Source: Fimbriimonadales bacterium (GTDB lineage Bacteria > Armatimonadota > Fimbriimonadia > Fimbriimonadales > JABRVX01). Taken from it: a DNA stretch of 64,000 nucleotides. This document shows, piece after piece, positions 1-10,268 of the stretch. Where the stretch lies: positions 1 to 64,000 of the forward strand of contig BTVI01000008.1 in assembly GCA_045862955.1 (NCBI GenBank), read 5' to 3'. Position 1 is the first letter of the stretch, and every line of letters begins with the position of its first letter. The notes below the pieces were generated by a model. That model saw nothing but the letters and a program-made list of their open reading frames with translations. It was not told the origin of the DNA and did no database searches. Both the position numbers and the translations under genes were made by a program.

Positions 1-281
1 CCGGCGCGGTCCTTGGCTCTGTTGCACGCGGCGGGTTGGCTTAGCTCGGCGGACGCGGGCCGGGGCATGCATATATGGAGGTGCCTCGTTCCGGCCGGGA
101 TTAGCTGGCCGAGTGCGGTCTCTGCGGTTCTCTCTGCGACCATCACGTGGCAATCCGGGCCGGCGGGAACTTGCCCCGGCGCGGTCCTTGGCTCTGTTGC
201 ACGCAGCGGGTTGGCTTAGCTCGGGGGGCGCGGGCCGGGGCATGCATATGCCTCGTTCCGGCCAGGATTGGCCGGCCGAGT
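1..281. repeat. Two ~110-bp direct repeats (175-bp period), each containing a ~71-bp element with inverted ends TGCCCCGGC...GCCGGGGCA
   Basis: 1-113 and 176-281 are near-identical (ccggcgcggtccttggctctgttgcacgc...); inverted ends at 172-180 and 234-242; the first copy is cut by the window edge. Confidence 0.85.
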
Positions 282-444
282 AGGACCTGGGCACCTACAG
301 GCTCTGTGTCAGTCTTGCCGCGCCTTCTGGGTCACGCAGAGAGCGCAAAGCTCTCGCAGAGGGCGGCGGGCGCCAGACCTGGCCCGCTCAGATGCCAAGC
401 GGCCCTCCGGGGCATCGGAGGGCCGCAGGAGTGCGAGCGCTGCG

Positions 445-2415
445 CTACGGTGAGCCAGCTAGCCCGAAGTTGGTCAGGACCAGGTTCAGGTCGCCGAGGT
501 CTACCACGCCGCTCCCGTCGAGATCACCCATAAACGCGTTGCCACCGAACACGGTGAGGATGTAGTTCAGGTCGGGCAGCGAGACGCTATTGTCGTCGTT
601 GCAGTCCCCGTTCACCAGGGTCAGGTTCACCGTGTTGCCCGAGGGAACGATCACCACAGACCCCTGCAGGTTCCGCAGCCAGTGCGAGAACTTGACTGCC
701 ACGTCGAAAGTGCCGAGCGCGACGTTCGGCAGGCTGTAGTTGCCCGACGAGTCCAGCGTGATGGGATAGCTGTACAGAACCGTCGTGGTTCCCGGCGAGC
801 GGAACTCGAGGTTGGCCGTAAACCCAGCCGGGCTTGCGAGGTAGTTCAGCAGCGTGATCTTCCCGGAGAGCGGCCCTGTGGTCGGGTCCAGGCTATACGA
901 GTAGATCTCGGTACCCCAGGAGCCGCTACTCACCGGGACCATACCGATGGCCCAGAACGTAGTGTCGTCCGCCGGGTCCACTGCACCGCCGATGTAGTCA
1001 CCCCAGCGACAGGGGTTCGCCTCGCCGTTATAGCCGACGGTGGCAGCCCGCTTCAGCGTCAACGGACGCATGGTGTTCACAGGGTCGGTGCTCAGGCGTC
1101 CGGTGTAGTAAAGCGACACGTACTCGGTACTGCTAGACTTGGTGACACCCGTACCTATGGTGCCGTACTGGTTCATCTGAAGCGCGCCGTAGTAGATGTA
1201 CGCGTTCGCATCTTCGATGTTGCCAGTCTGAGCAACGGTGAAGTTCGAGGGCATGGCTGCAGCATTCGCTACGTACCAGCGGACCCGAGCCCCCGCACCG
1301 CCACTGATGTTGTGCGTCACGAGCACCTGGTTATCGCGGACGCACACGTCGTAGATGCGCGTATCGAGTGTGTCTATGAGGGTGCTCGTACCCTTCTGTA
1401 CCGCGGAAGCAGCAGTGCCGTAGCTGGTGATCGCTTTGCCGACCTTGGCAAGTGTCGGCGTTCCCAGCGGGTTCTGGATTGCGAAAATATTCAGCCGGTT
1501 GCCGCCGCTCACGTTCACCACGTACGGCAGATTGCTGGTGCCCAGGTGTCTCCCAGGCTGCAGGCTCCAGGCCGTGCCGCCACTCGGGTTCGAAAAGTTC
1601 CAGAAGTCCGTGTAGGTGATGGTCGGCGAGCCGTTCAAGAACTGCTGTTTCGGACAGACGCGGATCTTCCCATATCCACCGCCTCCGCTGAAAGGAAACT
1701 GGTTGGAGGTGAACATGACGACGTTCTGGTCGTAGCCGAATCCGGGATAGTCGGCCCAAGTACCACTATCCGTGTTGCCGTTGAGCGTGGCGTTCAGAGC
1801 CCACTTCGCCCACGTGCCGTTCGGGTCACTGTCGTCCGAGACCGCGACCAGGTAGTAGGATCGATTGGCGCCGTTCTCCAGTCCGCCGTACATGATGAAG
1901 AAGCGGCCCGAGTACTGGTCATAGAAGCAACGCGGATCGAACACCAGGCTGAACGAGATTCCGAGCCCACTGAAGAAGTTCGTGGGGTTGAGGTTCGCCG
2001 TGGTGGAGCCTGCCTTCGTGTGGAAGGTGAGGCGTCCGTTGATCACTCCCACTACGTGCGAAGGTCCAACAGCCACGTTCGGGTCCCCGGGGGTCAGGCC
2101 GCTCTGTGACGGACCCGGGAAGTAGCCGTTGCCGAACAGCTCGCTAATCAGGTCGTTCTGTCCGACGAAACGTGGACCGCGCCGCTGCGGGAACAGGTTC
2201 AGCACGTTCGGCACGACGGTGAGCTGCTCCACCGCCGGAAACAGATGCTCCCGTGCCTGCATCGCTTCGGTGTCGTCGATTAGGAACGGGACTTCCATCG
2301 TGACGGTGGCCCTGTATCCGTCGAACTCGGTGCCCCGATCCGCAATCACTGGGGCACACAGGCAGAGAGCGAGAGCAAGACCACCAAGCCCCCGCAGACC
2401 TAAGCATCTAACCAT
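445..2415 (-). CDS. Secreted protein with C-terminal beta-sandwich plus dockerin-like (GD.NxD repeat) module
   Basis: Signal peptide (LGGLALALCLCAPVIA); GGAGG RBS upstream; DPNVAVGP / FDPRCFYD / RWGDY motifs; C-terminal GDCNDDNSVSLPDL...GDLDGSGVVDLGDL. Confidence 0.85.
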   Translation of the reverse strand: MVRCLGLRGLGGLALALCLCAPVIADRGTEFDGYRATVTMEVPFLIDDTEAMQAREHLFPAVEQLTVVPNVLNLFPQRRGPRFVGQNDLISELFGNGYFPGPSQSGLTPGDPNVAVGPSHVVGVINGRLTFHTKAGSTTANLNPTNFFSGLGISFSLVFDPRCFYDQYSGRFFIMYGGLENGANRSYYLVAVSDDSDPNGTWAKWALNATLNGNTDSGTWADYPGFGYDQNVVMFTSNQFPFSGGGGYGKIRVCPKQQFLNGSPTITYTDFWNFSNPSGGTAWSLQPGRHLGTSNLPYVVNVSGGNRLNIFAIQNPLGTPTLAKVGKAITSYGTAASAVQKGTSTLIDTLDTRIYDVCVRDNQVLVTHNISGGAGARVRWYVANAAAMPSNFTVAQTGNIEDANAYIYYGALQMNQYGTIGTGVTKSSSTEYVSLYYTGRLSTDPVNTMRPLTLKRAATVGYNGEANPCRWGDYIGGAVDPADDTTFWAIGMVPVSSGSWGTEIYSYSLDPTTGPLSGKITLLNYLASPAGFTANLEFRSPGTTTVLYSYPITLDSSGNYSLPNVALGTFDVAVKFSHWLRNLQGSVVIVPSGNTVNLTLVNGDCNDDNSVSLPDLNYILTVFGGNAFMGDLDGSGVVDLGDLNLVLTNFGLAGSP

Positions 2416-2556
2416 AATTCCTCCATTCGCTCGGGCCGCACTGCGCTTTGTCGGCCTCGGTGTGAGACACAGGGACGCACCCTGCGGGGGGCCATCCCGC
2501 TAGGTAATAACCGCGAGCGCCCCGGGCGGGTTCCGCCGAGTCACCCGTAGAACTAC

Positions 2557-2572
2557 GGCAGGTTCCGTGCCA
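2557..2572 (-). promoter_or_regulatory. Putative sigma54 (-24/-12) promoter
   Basis: Minus strand reads TGGCACGGAACCTGC (GG-N10-GC), about 140 bp upstream of the 2415 start. Confidence 0.4.
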
Positions 2573-2729
2573 GTTGACTGCAGGTCCCTTGTCGCTGCTA
2601 GGCAATCGGGTTGGCCCGCGCCCCAGTATCTACGAACGGCGGCGTACGGCCCGGGACCCGGCACAAGGAGTGTTGTCCGACGCATCGAATGCAGATCCCT
2701 GAAGAGCTCATTAGCATTTGGAGGGCAAG

Positions 2730-3824
2730 ATGGCTTCCCCCGACACGACGCGCGTGTACAACTTCTCGGCCGGTCCGGCGGTGCTCCCGGAGCCGGTGCT
2801 GCTGGAGGCTCAGCGCGACCTCTACTCCTATCCGGGCGCCGGCATGTCCGTGCTGGAGATGAGCCACCGCGGCAAGCACTACGATGCCATTCATCAGGCC
2901 GCCAAGGAAGACCTGAAGAAGCTGATGGGCATCCCGGACAATTACCGAATCCTGTTCCTGCAGGGCGGCGCGAGTCTGCAATTCAGCATGGTTCCCATCA
3001 ACTTCCTTCCACCGGACGGCTCCGCAGACTATATCGTTACGGGGAGCTGGTCGAAGAAGGCGGTCAAGGAAGCGAAGCGAGTGGGAAAGGTCAACATTGC
3101 CGCGACCTGCGAAGAGACCAACTTCGACCGGCTGCCCGCCTCCATATCACTGACGCCGGGCGCTGCGTACGTTCACTTCACATCCAACGAGACGATTCAC
3201 GGAGTGGAGTGGCCGGCGGAGCCAGACAGCGGTGGCGCCCCTCTGGTGTGCGACATGTCCTCGGACATTCTAAGCCGGCCGGTGGACGTTTCGAAGTACG
3301 GCCTGATCTACGCGGGCGCGCAGAAAAATATGGGGCCTGCAGGCGTTACCGTGGTCATCATCCGCGAGGACCTGCTGGAGAGAGTGCCCGAAGGGCTGCA
3401 TTCGATGCTGGACTATAAGCTGCAGGCCGAGAACGACTCGCTGTACAACACTCCGCCCTGCTTCGCAATCTACATCGTTGGGCTGGTGGCGAAGTACTTG
3501 CAGGCGGAAGGCGGCTTGCCGGCGATGCTCGAGCGGAACCGCCGAAAGGCCGGCGTGCTGTACAAGGTGATCGACGAGAGTGGCGGGTTCTACCGCGGGC
3601 ACGCACAGCCGGACTGCCGGTCGCTGATGAACGTGACGTTCCGCATGGCCACCGAGGATCTGGAGAAGCAGTTCATCGCCGAGGCGACTGCCGCCGGGTT
3701 CGCGGGGTTAAAGGGCCACCGGTCGGTGGGCGGCCTGCGGGCGTCCATCTACAACGCGTTCCCGGCCAAAGGCTGCGACGACCTAGCACAGTTCATGGTG
3801 GACTTCCAGAAGAAGAACGGGTAG
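2730..3824 (+). CDS. serC: Phosphoserine aminotransferase
   Basis: YNFSAGPAVLP, EMSHR, FLQGGASLQF, YAGAQKNMGPAG (PLP lysine), GHRSVGGLRASIYNA; GGAGG RBS before ATG 2730. Confidence 0.97.
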   Translation: MASPDTTRVYNFSAGPAVLPEPVLLEAQRDLYSYPGAGMSVLEMSHRGKHYDAIHQAAKEDLKKLMGIPDNYRILFLQGGASLQFSMVPINFLPPDGSADYIVTGSWSKKAVKEAKRVGKVNIAATCEETNFDRLPASISLTPGAAYVHFTSNETIHGVEWPAEPDSGGAPLVCDMSSDILSRPVDVSKYGLIYAGAQKNMGPAGVTVVIIREDLLERVPEGLHSMLDYKLQAENDSLYNTPPCFAIYIVGLVAKYLQAEGGLPAMLERNRRKAGVLYKVIDESGGFYRGHAQPDCRSLMNVTFRMATEDLEKQFIAEATAAGFAGLKGHRSVGGLRASIYNAFPAKGCDDLAQFMVDFQKKNG

Positions 3825-3900
3825 AGGGCGTCGCCCCGTAGTTCCGGCGTCCCGCCGGACGGTTCATCGCCGAGACGGCGAAATTACATATGCAGTCTGC

Positions 3901-3926
3901 GTAGGGGCCGAGCCCCGTGTCGGTCC
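3901..3926 (+). repeat. Solitary GTAG-tagged REP-like hairpin
   Basis: GTAG followed by GGGCCGA-gccccgtg-TCGGTCC stem-loop. Confidence 0.4.
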
Positions 3927-4072
3927 GCGGGTACCCTGTTCTGGTGTTTCGACGTTGCAGATGGAGCGTAGCGCAGGCTGCTCGCGGGGCACCAAGCCTG
4001 GCTGCAGAATGTCTAGGCTTACATCCATACGCGAATGCGTAGTTGCCACGCCACACGCCCGCATACCTATTC

Positions 4073-5488
4073 TCAAGGCGGGGACCACGCGGGGTTCAGC
4101 TTCCGTCGCTCGCGAATCACCTCGGCACGAGCGACCAGAACGGCCTGCAGATCGGCCTCGTTGTACGGGATGCCCTGTCGGAGCCATGGCACGTTAATCA
4201 TCAGCGCCCCGAGGCGCCGGTAGCCATCTTGCGGTGCCTGATCGATTATGTTCAGCGCGGGCAGCACGCGGGCCCACTCCTGTGCCAGCTGACTTCGCGC
4301 TGCGGCCGCGCCTTCGATCAGGAGCACCGTACAGAAATCCGGCCACAACCAAAAGCCAGGCCGCCGATACCGCTTTGCGGCATGCGCTGAGAGGGCTGAA
4401 ACTGCCGCCTCCCTCACCCGATAGGGGATCAGCGCCCGCTCGCGAATCTGAGAAAGTCGATGCTGGAAGCCTCGGCCGAAACAAATTAAGCAATGGTCGA
4501 ATCGCTCTAGCGCGTTCCGTAGCGGTATCATCTTCCAGTCTTCGGCGAGACCGCCGCCGAGTAAGGCACCACCTATGCCGCCCAACACGGCACCCACAAC
4601 AGCACCAAGTGGCCCAGACAACCCACCAATCACTCCCCCAACTTTCGCGCCGATCACTACTCCTGCACCACGCCCTACGCTCTCGATCGCGGCATGCTTG
4701 AGTGCTGTACCGAGATCCTGGTTATAGTGCTTGACCAGCCTGTAGTTTCGGTAGGCAGCAAAGGCGATGGTGATCCAAGGAAGATGCAGCCCGAGACTGT
4801 GCGCCGCCGTCTCACCCTTCACGCTGGCAACGGCCTCACTGGTCACCTCCTTCGCAGTGTCATGTCCGAAGCCGTGGAGATCGACGATGTTGTCGCCGAC
4901 TTCGCCATGAGCGTCTTCAGGAACGACGAAGATCACGTCCGGATGTGACGCCGCCTCACCGTTGATTGACACGATATCCGCTACGGTCTTGATATTCGCG
5001 GGGTGCCCATCTACGACCAGATCCCACACGGGCTGGTTGGACTCCGCTGCGGCCTGCACCAGATGCCCCTGGTGAGCTAGAACTTCCGCAGCCTGCTGCT
5101 CTCCTACGTACCCCGTGAGCCGGTTCAGGAACCCTTGCTTCGCCGCCGAGCTGAGAGAATCGTAATGATGGTGGATATAATGGGCGAAGTCGAGGCCGTT
5201 GTTAATCTCCGCGGCCGAGGAGAAATCGGCGGCAGCGATCACCTGCGGATCGATCGCGGCCCAAGCCGCTATATACTCCGCCGCAGTCAGTGCGGAGTAG
5301 GAGGCCAGCTCCGCAGGACTTACGCGGTTTTCGCCCAGCCGCGCCGCCGCATGCAGGGACCACTCGCGAGTGCGTGAGTCGAGCTGAATACGCTCCCTTG
5401 CCCTGTCACGCAGCTTGCTGAAGGCAACGAGCCATGCCGCCAGCCAAGCGGCCACGGCGGTGAGGACGACCCACAGAAACACACTCAT
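4073..5488 (-). CDS. Hypothetical membrane-anchored protein with glycine-zipper segment and possible PD-(D/E)xK-like domain
   Basis: 471-aa ORF; N-terminal TM helix; GYVGEQ...WDLVVDGHPANIK; GAGVVIGAKVGGVIGGLSGPLGAVVGAVLGGIGG. Confidence 0.75.
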   Translation of the reverse strand: MSVFLWVVLTAVAAWLAAWLVAFSKLRDRARERIQLDSRTREWSLHAAARLGENRVSPAELASYSALTAAEYIAAWAAIDPQVIAAADFSSAAEINNGLDFAHYIHHHYDSLSSAAKQGFLNRLTGYVGEQQAAEVLAHQGHLVQAAAESNQPVWDLVVDGHPANIKTVADIVSINGEAASHPDVIFVVPEDAHGEVGDNIVDLHGFGHDTAKEVTSEAVASVKGETAAHSLGLHLPWITIAFAAYRNYRLVKHYNQDLGTALKHAAIESVGRGAGVVIGAKVGGVIGGLSGPLGAVVGAVLGGIGGALLGGGLAEDWKMIPLRNALERFDHCLICFGRGFQHRLSQIRERALIPYRVREAAVSALSAHAAKRYRRPGFWLWPDFCTVLLIEGAAAARSQLAQEWARVLPALNIIDQAPQDGYRRLGALMINVPWLRQGIPYNEADLQAVLVARAEVIRERRKLNPAWSPP

Positions 5489-5582
5489 AGCACCCCTCGT
5501 ATCGCGCCACGGAAACGTAGCCTGTGCGTCTCGATTCCACTCATTATGCAGGCGGTTCGCGGTAAGGGTTGCGGCATTTGCG

Positions 5583-5894
5583 TCAGGTTCTGGGGTGGAG
5601 CAGATTCCGCACGGCGGCCGGGTCCAGGCCCTCGATGCGGACCCGTTTCGTGCGGGAGGACTCGCCGGAGAGGATGGTAATCGCGCTCTTCGGAACCTTC
5701 AGGGCGCGGGAAAGCACCTGGATCACCGCTCGGTTGGCTTGCCCGTCGGCGGGAGGCGCCGTCACGCGCACGTGCAACACACCGTCCGGCCCGAGCGTGA
5801 CCTCGTTACGGCTCGCGCGGGGCGTCACTCGCAGCGACAGCTCCGTCCTGGACCTCCTGCACCGGCACGCTAACGGCTGCCGTGGCCGGTACAA
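5583..5894 (-). CDS. yggU: DUF167/YggU family protein (start uncertain, overlaps divIVA 3' end)
   Basis: LRVTPRASRNEV...VRVTAPPADGQAN...ILSGESSRTKRV. Confidence 0.85.
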   Translation of the reverse strand: MYRPRQPLACRCRRSRTELSLRVTPRASRNEVTLGPDGVLHVRVTAPPADGQANRAVIQVLSRALKVPKSAITILSGESSRTKRVRIEGLDPAAVRNLLHPRT

Positions 5895-6351
5895 ACGTTT
5901 CGAGCCTTGCCGCGAACCCCTCCAGCATCGCGCGCAGCCCTGCTACCAAACCTTCGCGCTCGGCATGCAACCGGGCGACCTCTTGCCGCATGTGCTGCAC
6001 CTGAAGCTCGGCGTCCTGCTGAAGCTGCCGCGCCAACGCTCGAGCCTCCGACAACACTGCATCTGCCTCAGCATGTGCTGCAGCTCGCGTCTCGTCTGCC
6101 GCGCGCTGACCTAGCAGCACCGCCTCCTTCAGCGTGGTCTCCAACTCGCGGAAGCGCCCCACCTCGGAGAGCAGCTCCCGCTCGGATTGCTCCAGTTGTC
6201 GCACCCTTTGCACCAGGCGCTCCATCTCCTTGGCCACGTCGCGCCGGAACGCATCTACGGCCTTGCGATCATAACCGAATGCACGGCGGGGAAAGACGGT
6301 CTTCTCTACCTGCAGTGGCGTCAGGCGTGGTTCCGCGATGTTCTCACCCAT
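5806..6351 (-). CDS. divIVA: DivIVA domain protein
   Basis: LTPLQVEKTVFPRRAFGYDRKAVDAF followed by coiled coil; TAATG overlap with the yggT stop. Confidence 0.88.
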   Translation of the reverse strand: MGENIAEPRLTPLQVEKTVFPRRAFGYDRKAVDAFRRDVAKEMERLVQRVRQLEQSERELLSEVGRFRELETTLKEAVLLGQRAADETRAAAHAEADAVLSEARALARQLQQDAELQVQHMRQEVARLHAEREGLVAGLRAMLEGFAARLETFVPATAAVSVPVQEVQDGAVAASDAPREP

Positions 6352-6662
6352 TAGAGCAGACCCCCTATCAGTGCCCGCAACGCACCCTGCAACACGGAAA
6401 TGCATATCAGTGCCACCAAGGGTGTTAGGTCTAGCAGAGCGTATCCGATGCGTATAGGACGGATGAATCGCTTCAGGGGCGCTGTCACCGCGTCGCTCAG
6501 CCGATCCACGGTGCGTGTCAAGCCGTTGTACGGAACGCTACCACCCATGTGTTTGACGAAGTCCAGCACCACGCCGAGCAGGATGGTGACAGTGAGCAAC
6601 CCCAGCGCATTGTACGCGAGGCATAGAGGCAACACGTAGATAGGGTCGAAGAGAAACGGCAT
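6351..6662 (-). CDS. yggT: YggT family membrane protein
   Basis: Two hydrophobic helices; LSDAVTAPLKRFIRPIRIG...LDLTPLVA; typical position next to divIVA and yggU. Confidence 0.8.
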   Translation of the reverse strand: MPFLFDPIYVLPLCLAYNALGLLTVTILLGVVLDFVKHMGGSVPYNGLTRTVDRLSDAVTAPLKRFIRPIRIGYALLDLTPLVALICISVLQGALRALIGGLL

Positions 6663-6679
6663 GAACACTCTCCCGAAGG

Positions 6680-7258
6680 TCACGGGGATCCTCCTGCTTT
6701 CTCTTTCTCGAGCATCTCCTCGACACGCTTCAGGTTCATCTTAGCCACATCGCTGTTCGGGTCCACTTCGAGTGCTCTCTTCCATGTTGCGATGGACTTC
6801 GCTAGCTGTCCGGAGCGCTCATAGCAGTGTGCTACCAGATGATACGCTGTCACCATTGGTTTCAGCGCCAGCATCTGCTCTCCGATCATGGCACCCTCTG
6901 CGTAGCGTTTTCGCATATAGTAGAAGAAGGTCAGGTCGTGTTTGCACTCCCACCGAGCGGGATGCGCCTGTACCGCCCTCTTATACACCTGCTCCGCGTA
7001 CTCATAGTTTTGCAGACCCGCTTCGAGGATGTAACCGGTGGTCGAAAACGCCTCGGTGTTTTCGGGGTTCACTTCCATCCAGATGTAGCCCACTCGGGCC
7101 ACCATGTCGTACTCGCCCTGGTGCCAAGCGAGGTCGGAAGCTTTGACGAGCTGCCACTCCAGCGTGTCCCACACGGTGTTCAGCGCGTCGCGGCTCTGGG
7201 CGGGCGTACCAGTCGGCCAGGAAGCCGCCACGAGCGCAGACAGAAGCACTGCTATCAT
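6680..7258 (-). CDS. Secreted tetratricopeptide-repeat protein
   Basis: Signal peptide [15 protein letters not shown]-like repeats ([18 protein letters not shown]); ATGA overlap with gatB stop. Confidence 0.8.
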   Translation of the reverse strand: MIAVLLSALVAASWPTGTPAQSRDALNTVWDTLEWQLVKASDLAWHQGEYDMVARVGYIWMEVNPENTEAFSTTGYILEAGLQNYEYAEQVYKRAVQAHPARWECKHDLTFFYYMRKRYAEGAMIGEQMLALKPMVTAYHLVAHCYERSGQLAKSIATWKRALEVDPNSDVAKMNLKRVEEMLEKEKAGGSP

Positions 7259-8703
7259 TCCTTCTCCAGCTCCTCTCGCAGGATCTCCTGTACCATCTTC
7301 GGGTTCGCCTTGCCCCCGGACAAGCGCATGACCTGCCCGACGAAGAAGCCGACCACGTTCCGGTGGCCTGCCCGGTATTTGGCGACCTCGGTGGGGTTCG
7401 CATCGAGCGCGGCGCGGCACCAGCGCAGCAGCTCCTCCGAGTCCGATACTTGCGCATCGCCTCGCTCTGCCGCGATGGCCCTAGGCGACACGCCTTCCGC
7501 AAAGCACACCGCCAACACTTCCTTCGCCATTGTCGAGCTGAGGGTTCCCGCTTCGACCAGGTCCTGCAGTTCCCGGAGGTGTTCCGGCTGCACTTTGAGG
7601 TCCGCGATCGGCACGTTCCGCTCTTTCATCAGCCGTGTAAGTTCGCCGGTAAGCCAGTTGCACGCCCGCTTTGCATCGCAGCCCGCCTGGACGCACCGCT
7701 CGAAGTACGCCGCGGTTGCCGGGTCTGCAACGAGTTGGTCGGCGTCTTTCGCGGTCAATCCGAGTTCCTGGCGATAGCGCGTTCGCTTGGCGGCAGGTAG
7801 CTCCGGCAGTCCGGCCCGCAGGGAATCGAGCCACTCGCGCGCGATGCGCATGGGCGGAAGGTCGGGGTCGGGGAAGTAGCGATAGTCGTTCTCCTCTTCC
7901 TTCACGCGCATCACGTAGGTACTCTCGCGCTCTTCGCTCCAGCCACGAGTCTCCTGTCGCAGCGTCTCGCCGCGGCGCAGCGCATCGATCTGACGCGCGA
8001 TCTCCGACTTCACCCCGAGGTACACGGCCTTGATGGACCCTAGGTTCTTGATCTCCGTCTTCACGCCGAGCGTCTCGCTACCCTGGGGCGCCACGGAAAT
8101 GTTCGGCTCGCCCCGCAGACTGCCTTCCTCGATCTTGCCGTCGCACACGCCGAGATAGAGCAGCAGAAGGCGCAGCTCCGAAAGGTAGTCGCGTGCTTCC
8201 TCGGCGGAGTGCATGTCCGGCGGGAACTCCGTGACGATCTCCATAAGCGGGACGCCGCTTCGATTGTAGTCGATCCCGCTCTCGCCGCTCGGGAGGTGGA
8301 TTAGCTTTCCAGTGTCCTCTTCCAGATGCACCCGGCGGATGTGCACACGCTTCGTACCTCCATCGGCGGGAATCTCGAGGTAACCCGCATAGCCGAGTGG
8401 ATTGGTCTCCTCGTACTGGGAGATCTGATAGCCCTTCGGCAGGTCGGGGTAGAAGTAGTTCTTGCGGTGGAACACGCTGCGCTCCGGCACCGTGCAGTGG
8501 AGCGCCAAGGCGGTACGAAGAACCATCTCGATGGCTCCTCTGTTCGGCACGGGGAGCGCCCCGGGTTGACCGGTGCAGACCGGGCAGATGCGGGTGTTGG
8601 GGTCTCCACCGAAGCCTACGGGGCAGCCGCAGAACATCTTGCTCCGCGTGCTTAGCTCCGCGTGAACCTCCATGCCGATGCTGGGAATGTAACCCTGGGT
8701 CAT
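7255..8703 (-). CDS. gatB: Asp-tRNA(Asn)/Glu-tRNA(Gln) amidotransferase subunit B
   Basis: [52 protein letters not shown]. Confidence 0.97.
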   Translation of the reverse strand: MTQGYIPSIGMEVHAELSTRSKMFCGCPVGFGGDPNTRICPVCTGQPGALPVPNRGAIEMVLRTALALHCTVPERSVFHRKNYFYPDLPKGYQISQYEETNPLGYAGYLEIPADGGTKRVHIRRVHLEEDTGKLIHLPSGESGIDYNRSGVPLMEIVTEFPPDMHSAEEARDYLSELRLLLLYLGVCDGKIEEGSLRGEPNISVAPQGSETLGVKTEIKNLGSIKAVYLGVKSEIARQIDALRRGETLRQETRGWSEERESTYVMRVKEEENDYRYFPDPDLPPMRIAREWLDSLRAGLPELPAAKRTRYRQELGLTAKDADQLVADPATAAYFERCVQAGCDAKRACNWLTGELTRLMKERNVPIADLKVQPEHLRELQDLVEAGTLSSTMAKEVLAVCFAEGVSPRAIAAERGDAQVSDSEELLRWCRAALDANPTEVAKYRAGHRNVVGFFVGQVMRLSGGKANPKMVQEILREELEKE

Positions 8704-8824
8704 CCGTGTGCTTTCGTGGGTTTCGATTGTGGCATAACCGCTGCCCCCCCTCGGTATACGGGGCTGCTGGCAGGAAGGGCTTATGCGGGACGAGTTGGGC
8801 GGCACCCTGCGGTACACTGCTCTC

Positions 8825-10162
8825 GTGGACTTCCGGCAGGCGGTGGACTATCTGAGCAGCCTCCAGCGGTTCGGGATCCGACCCGGTCTCGGGCGAATGC
8901 GCGCCGTGCTGTCCCGGCTGAATGACCCCCAAGAGCGTTGGTCGTCTATCCATATTACCGGGACCAACGGCAAGGGCTCGGTCACGGCGTTCTGCGCGTC
9001 CATCCTGGGCGCGGCGGGGCTTCGGGTAGGGCGCTATCACTCGCCGTACGTGTTCGATTTGTGCGAGCGCATTATGGTGGACGGCACCATGATCCCTCGC
9101 AAGCGCTTCGCCTCTATCATGCAGCGGATCGTTCCCTTGTGCGAGGAAGTCGGCGGCACCGAGTTGGGCCCAGTCACCGAGTTCGAGCTAAAGACGCTGG
9201 TGGCATTCAAGTTCTTTGCCGAAGAGGCTGTGGACTGCGCGGTAGTGGAAGCCGGGATGGGCGGGCGGCTGGACGCGACCAACGTGATCCTTCCGCGGGT
9301 GGCCGCCATCACGAACGTCGGTCTGGATCACACCCCGATCCTAGGCGAAACCGTAGAGCAGATCGCCAGGGAGAAGGGCGGGATCATCAAGCCCGGCGTG
9401 CGGTTCATGACGGCGGCGCAAGACCCATCGGCACTGGAGGTGCTGTCGGCGCTCAGCCGCGAGATGATGGCGGGCATCACGCACGTGCGCCACGCGTCCA
9501 CACGGCCCACCGTCTACGGACGATCGGTAGTGTGGTGGGAAGACGGCGGCACGCTGCACGTCCGAACACCGCGCATGTACCTGAAAGGCTTACACGTCAA
9601 GATGCTGGGCACGCACCAGCGCGAGAACGCGGCGCTGGCTATCGCCATCACGGAGGGGTTTGCCGATTCCTGGGGTTTCGACATTCCGGTAGAGGCCTAT
9701 GCGGAGGCCGTGGCCACTACGGAGATGCCGGGAAGGATGCAGGTGGTGGCGCGCAGGCCGACAATCTTGCTGGACGGAGCACACAATCGCGACGCGGCCG
9801 CGGTGCTTCGGCCTGCGGCACTCGCTCTGGCCGGCTCTGGCAAACTGCACGTGGTGCTGGGCATGACGAAGGGACACGACCCGCGCCGCTTTCTCGCCGC
9901 GATGGCGCCGATACCCGGAAAGCTCGTGCTGACCCAGCCCCTGGACGAGAGGCGCTTGCCCCTGGACTCGCTGTGCGAGGCAGCCGAGGACCTCGGCTTG
10001 GACTTCGTGCGGGCAGAGAACGTGCTGGACGGCATCGAGATGGCCCGGCGTGAGGCCACGAAGGACGACACCATCTTGGTCACCGGGTCTTTTTACTTGG
10101 TGGGCGACTGTGCTCCACTGCTGAAGGGGCGCCGAGGCCGGAACAGCCAGAGCGGCCCCTGA
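8825..10162 (+). CDS. folC: Bifunctional folylpolyglutamate synthase/dihydrofolate synthase
   Basis: [37 protein letters not shown]; start taken at GTG 8825 (uncertain). Confidence 0.95.
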   Translation: MDFRQAVDYLSSLQRFGIRPGLGRMRAVLSRLNDPQERWSSIHITGTNGKGSVTAFCASILGAAGLRVGRYHSPYVFDLCERIMVDGTMIPRKRFASIMQRIVPLCEEVGGTELGPVTEFELKTLVAFKFFAEEAVDCAVVEAGMGGRLDATNVILPRVAAITNVGLDHTPILGETVEQIAREKGGIIKPGVRFMTAAQDPSALEVLSALSREMMAGITHVRHASTRPTVYGRSVVWWEDGGTLHVRTPRMYLKGLHVKMLGTHQRENAALAIAITEGFADSWGFDIPVEAYAEAVATTEMPGRMQVVARRPTILLDGAHNRDAAAVLRPAALALAGSGKLHVVLGMTKGHDPRRFLAAMAPIPGKLVLTQPLDERRLPLDSLCEAAEDLGLDFVRAENVLDGIEMARREATKDDTILVTGSFYLVGDCAPLLKGRRGRNSQSGP

Positions 10163-10268
10163 GGCCTCATCGAAGCCACCCGACCAGATTGCTAAGGCAT
10201 TCGACGCCTGGGAGCAGATGGCGGAATCCGTTGCGTACCTAAGGTGATCACGGATTACGGAGGTCGAG

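Noticed and set aside
682..2109. Long antisense ORFs (475 aa here and many similar ones across the window)
   Set aside because: Shadow frames of GC3-biased genes with no recognisable motifs.
2515..2585. ZTP (pfl) or other riboswitch in the intergenic region before serC
   Set aside because: Only loose matches (AACTGGCA, CGCCCGGGG); the conserved core and pairing could not be built. An Rfam scan would be decisive.
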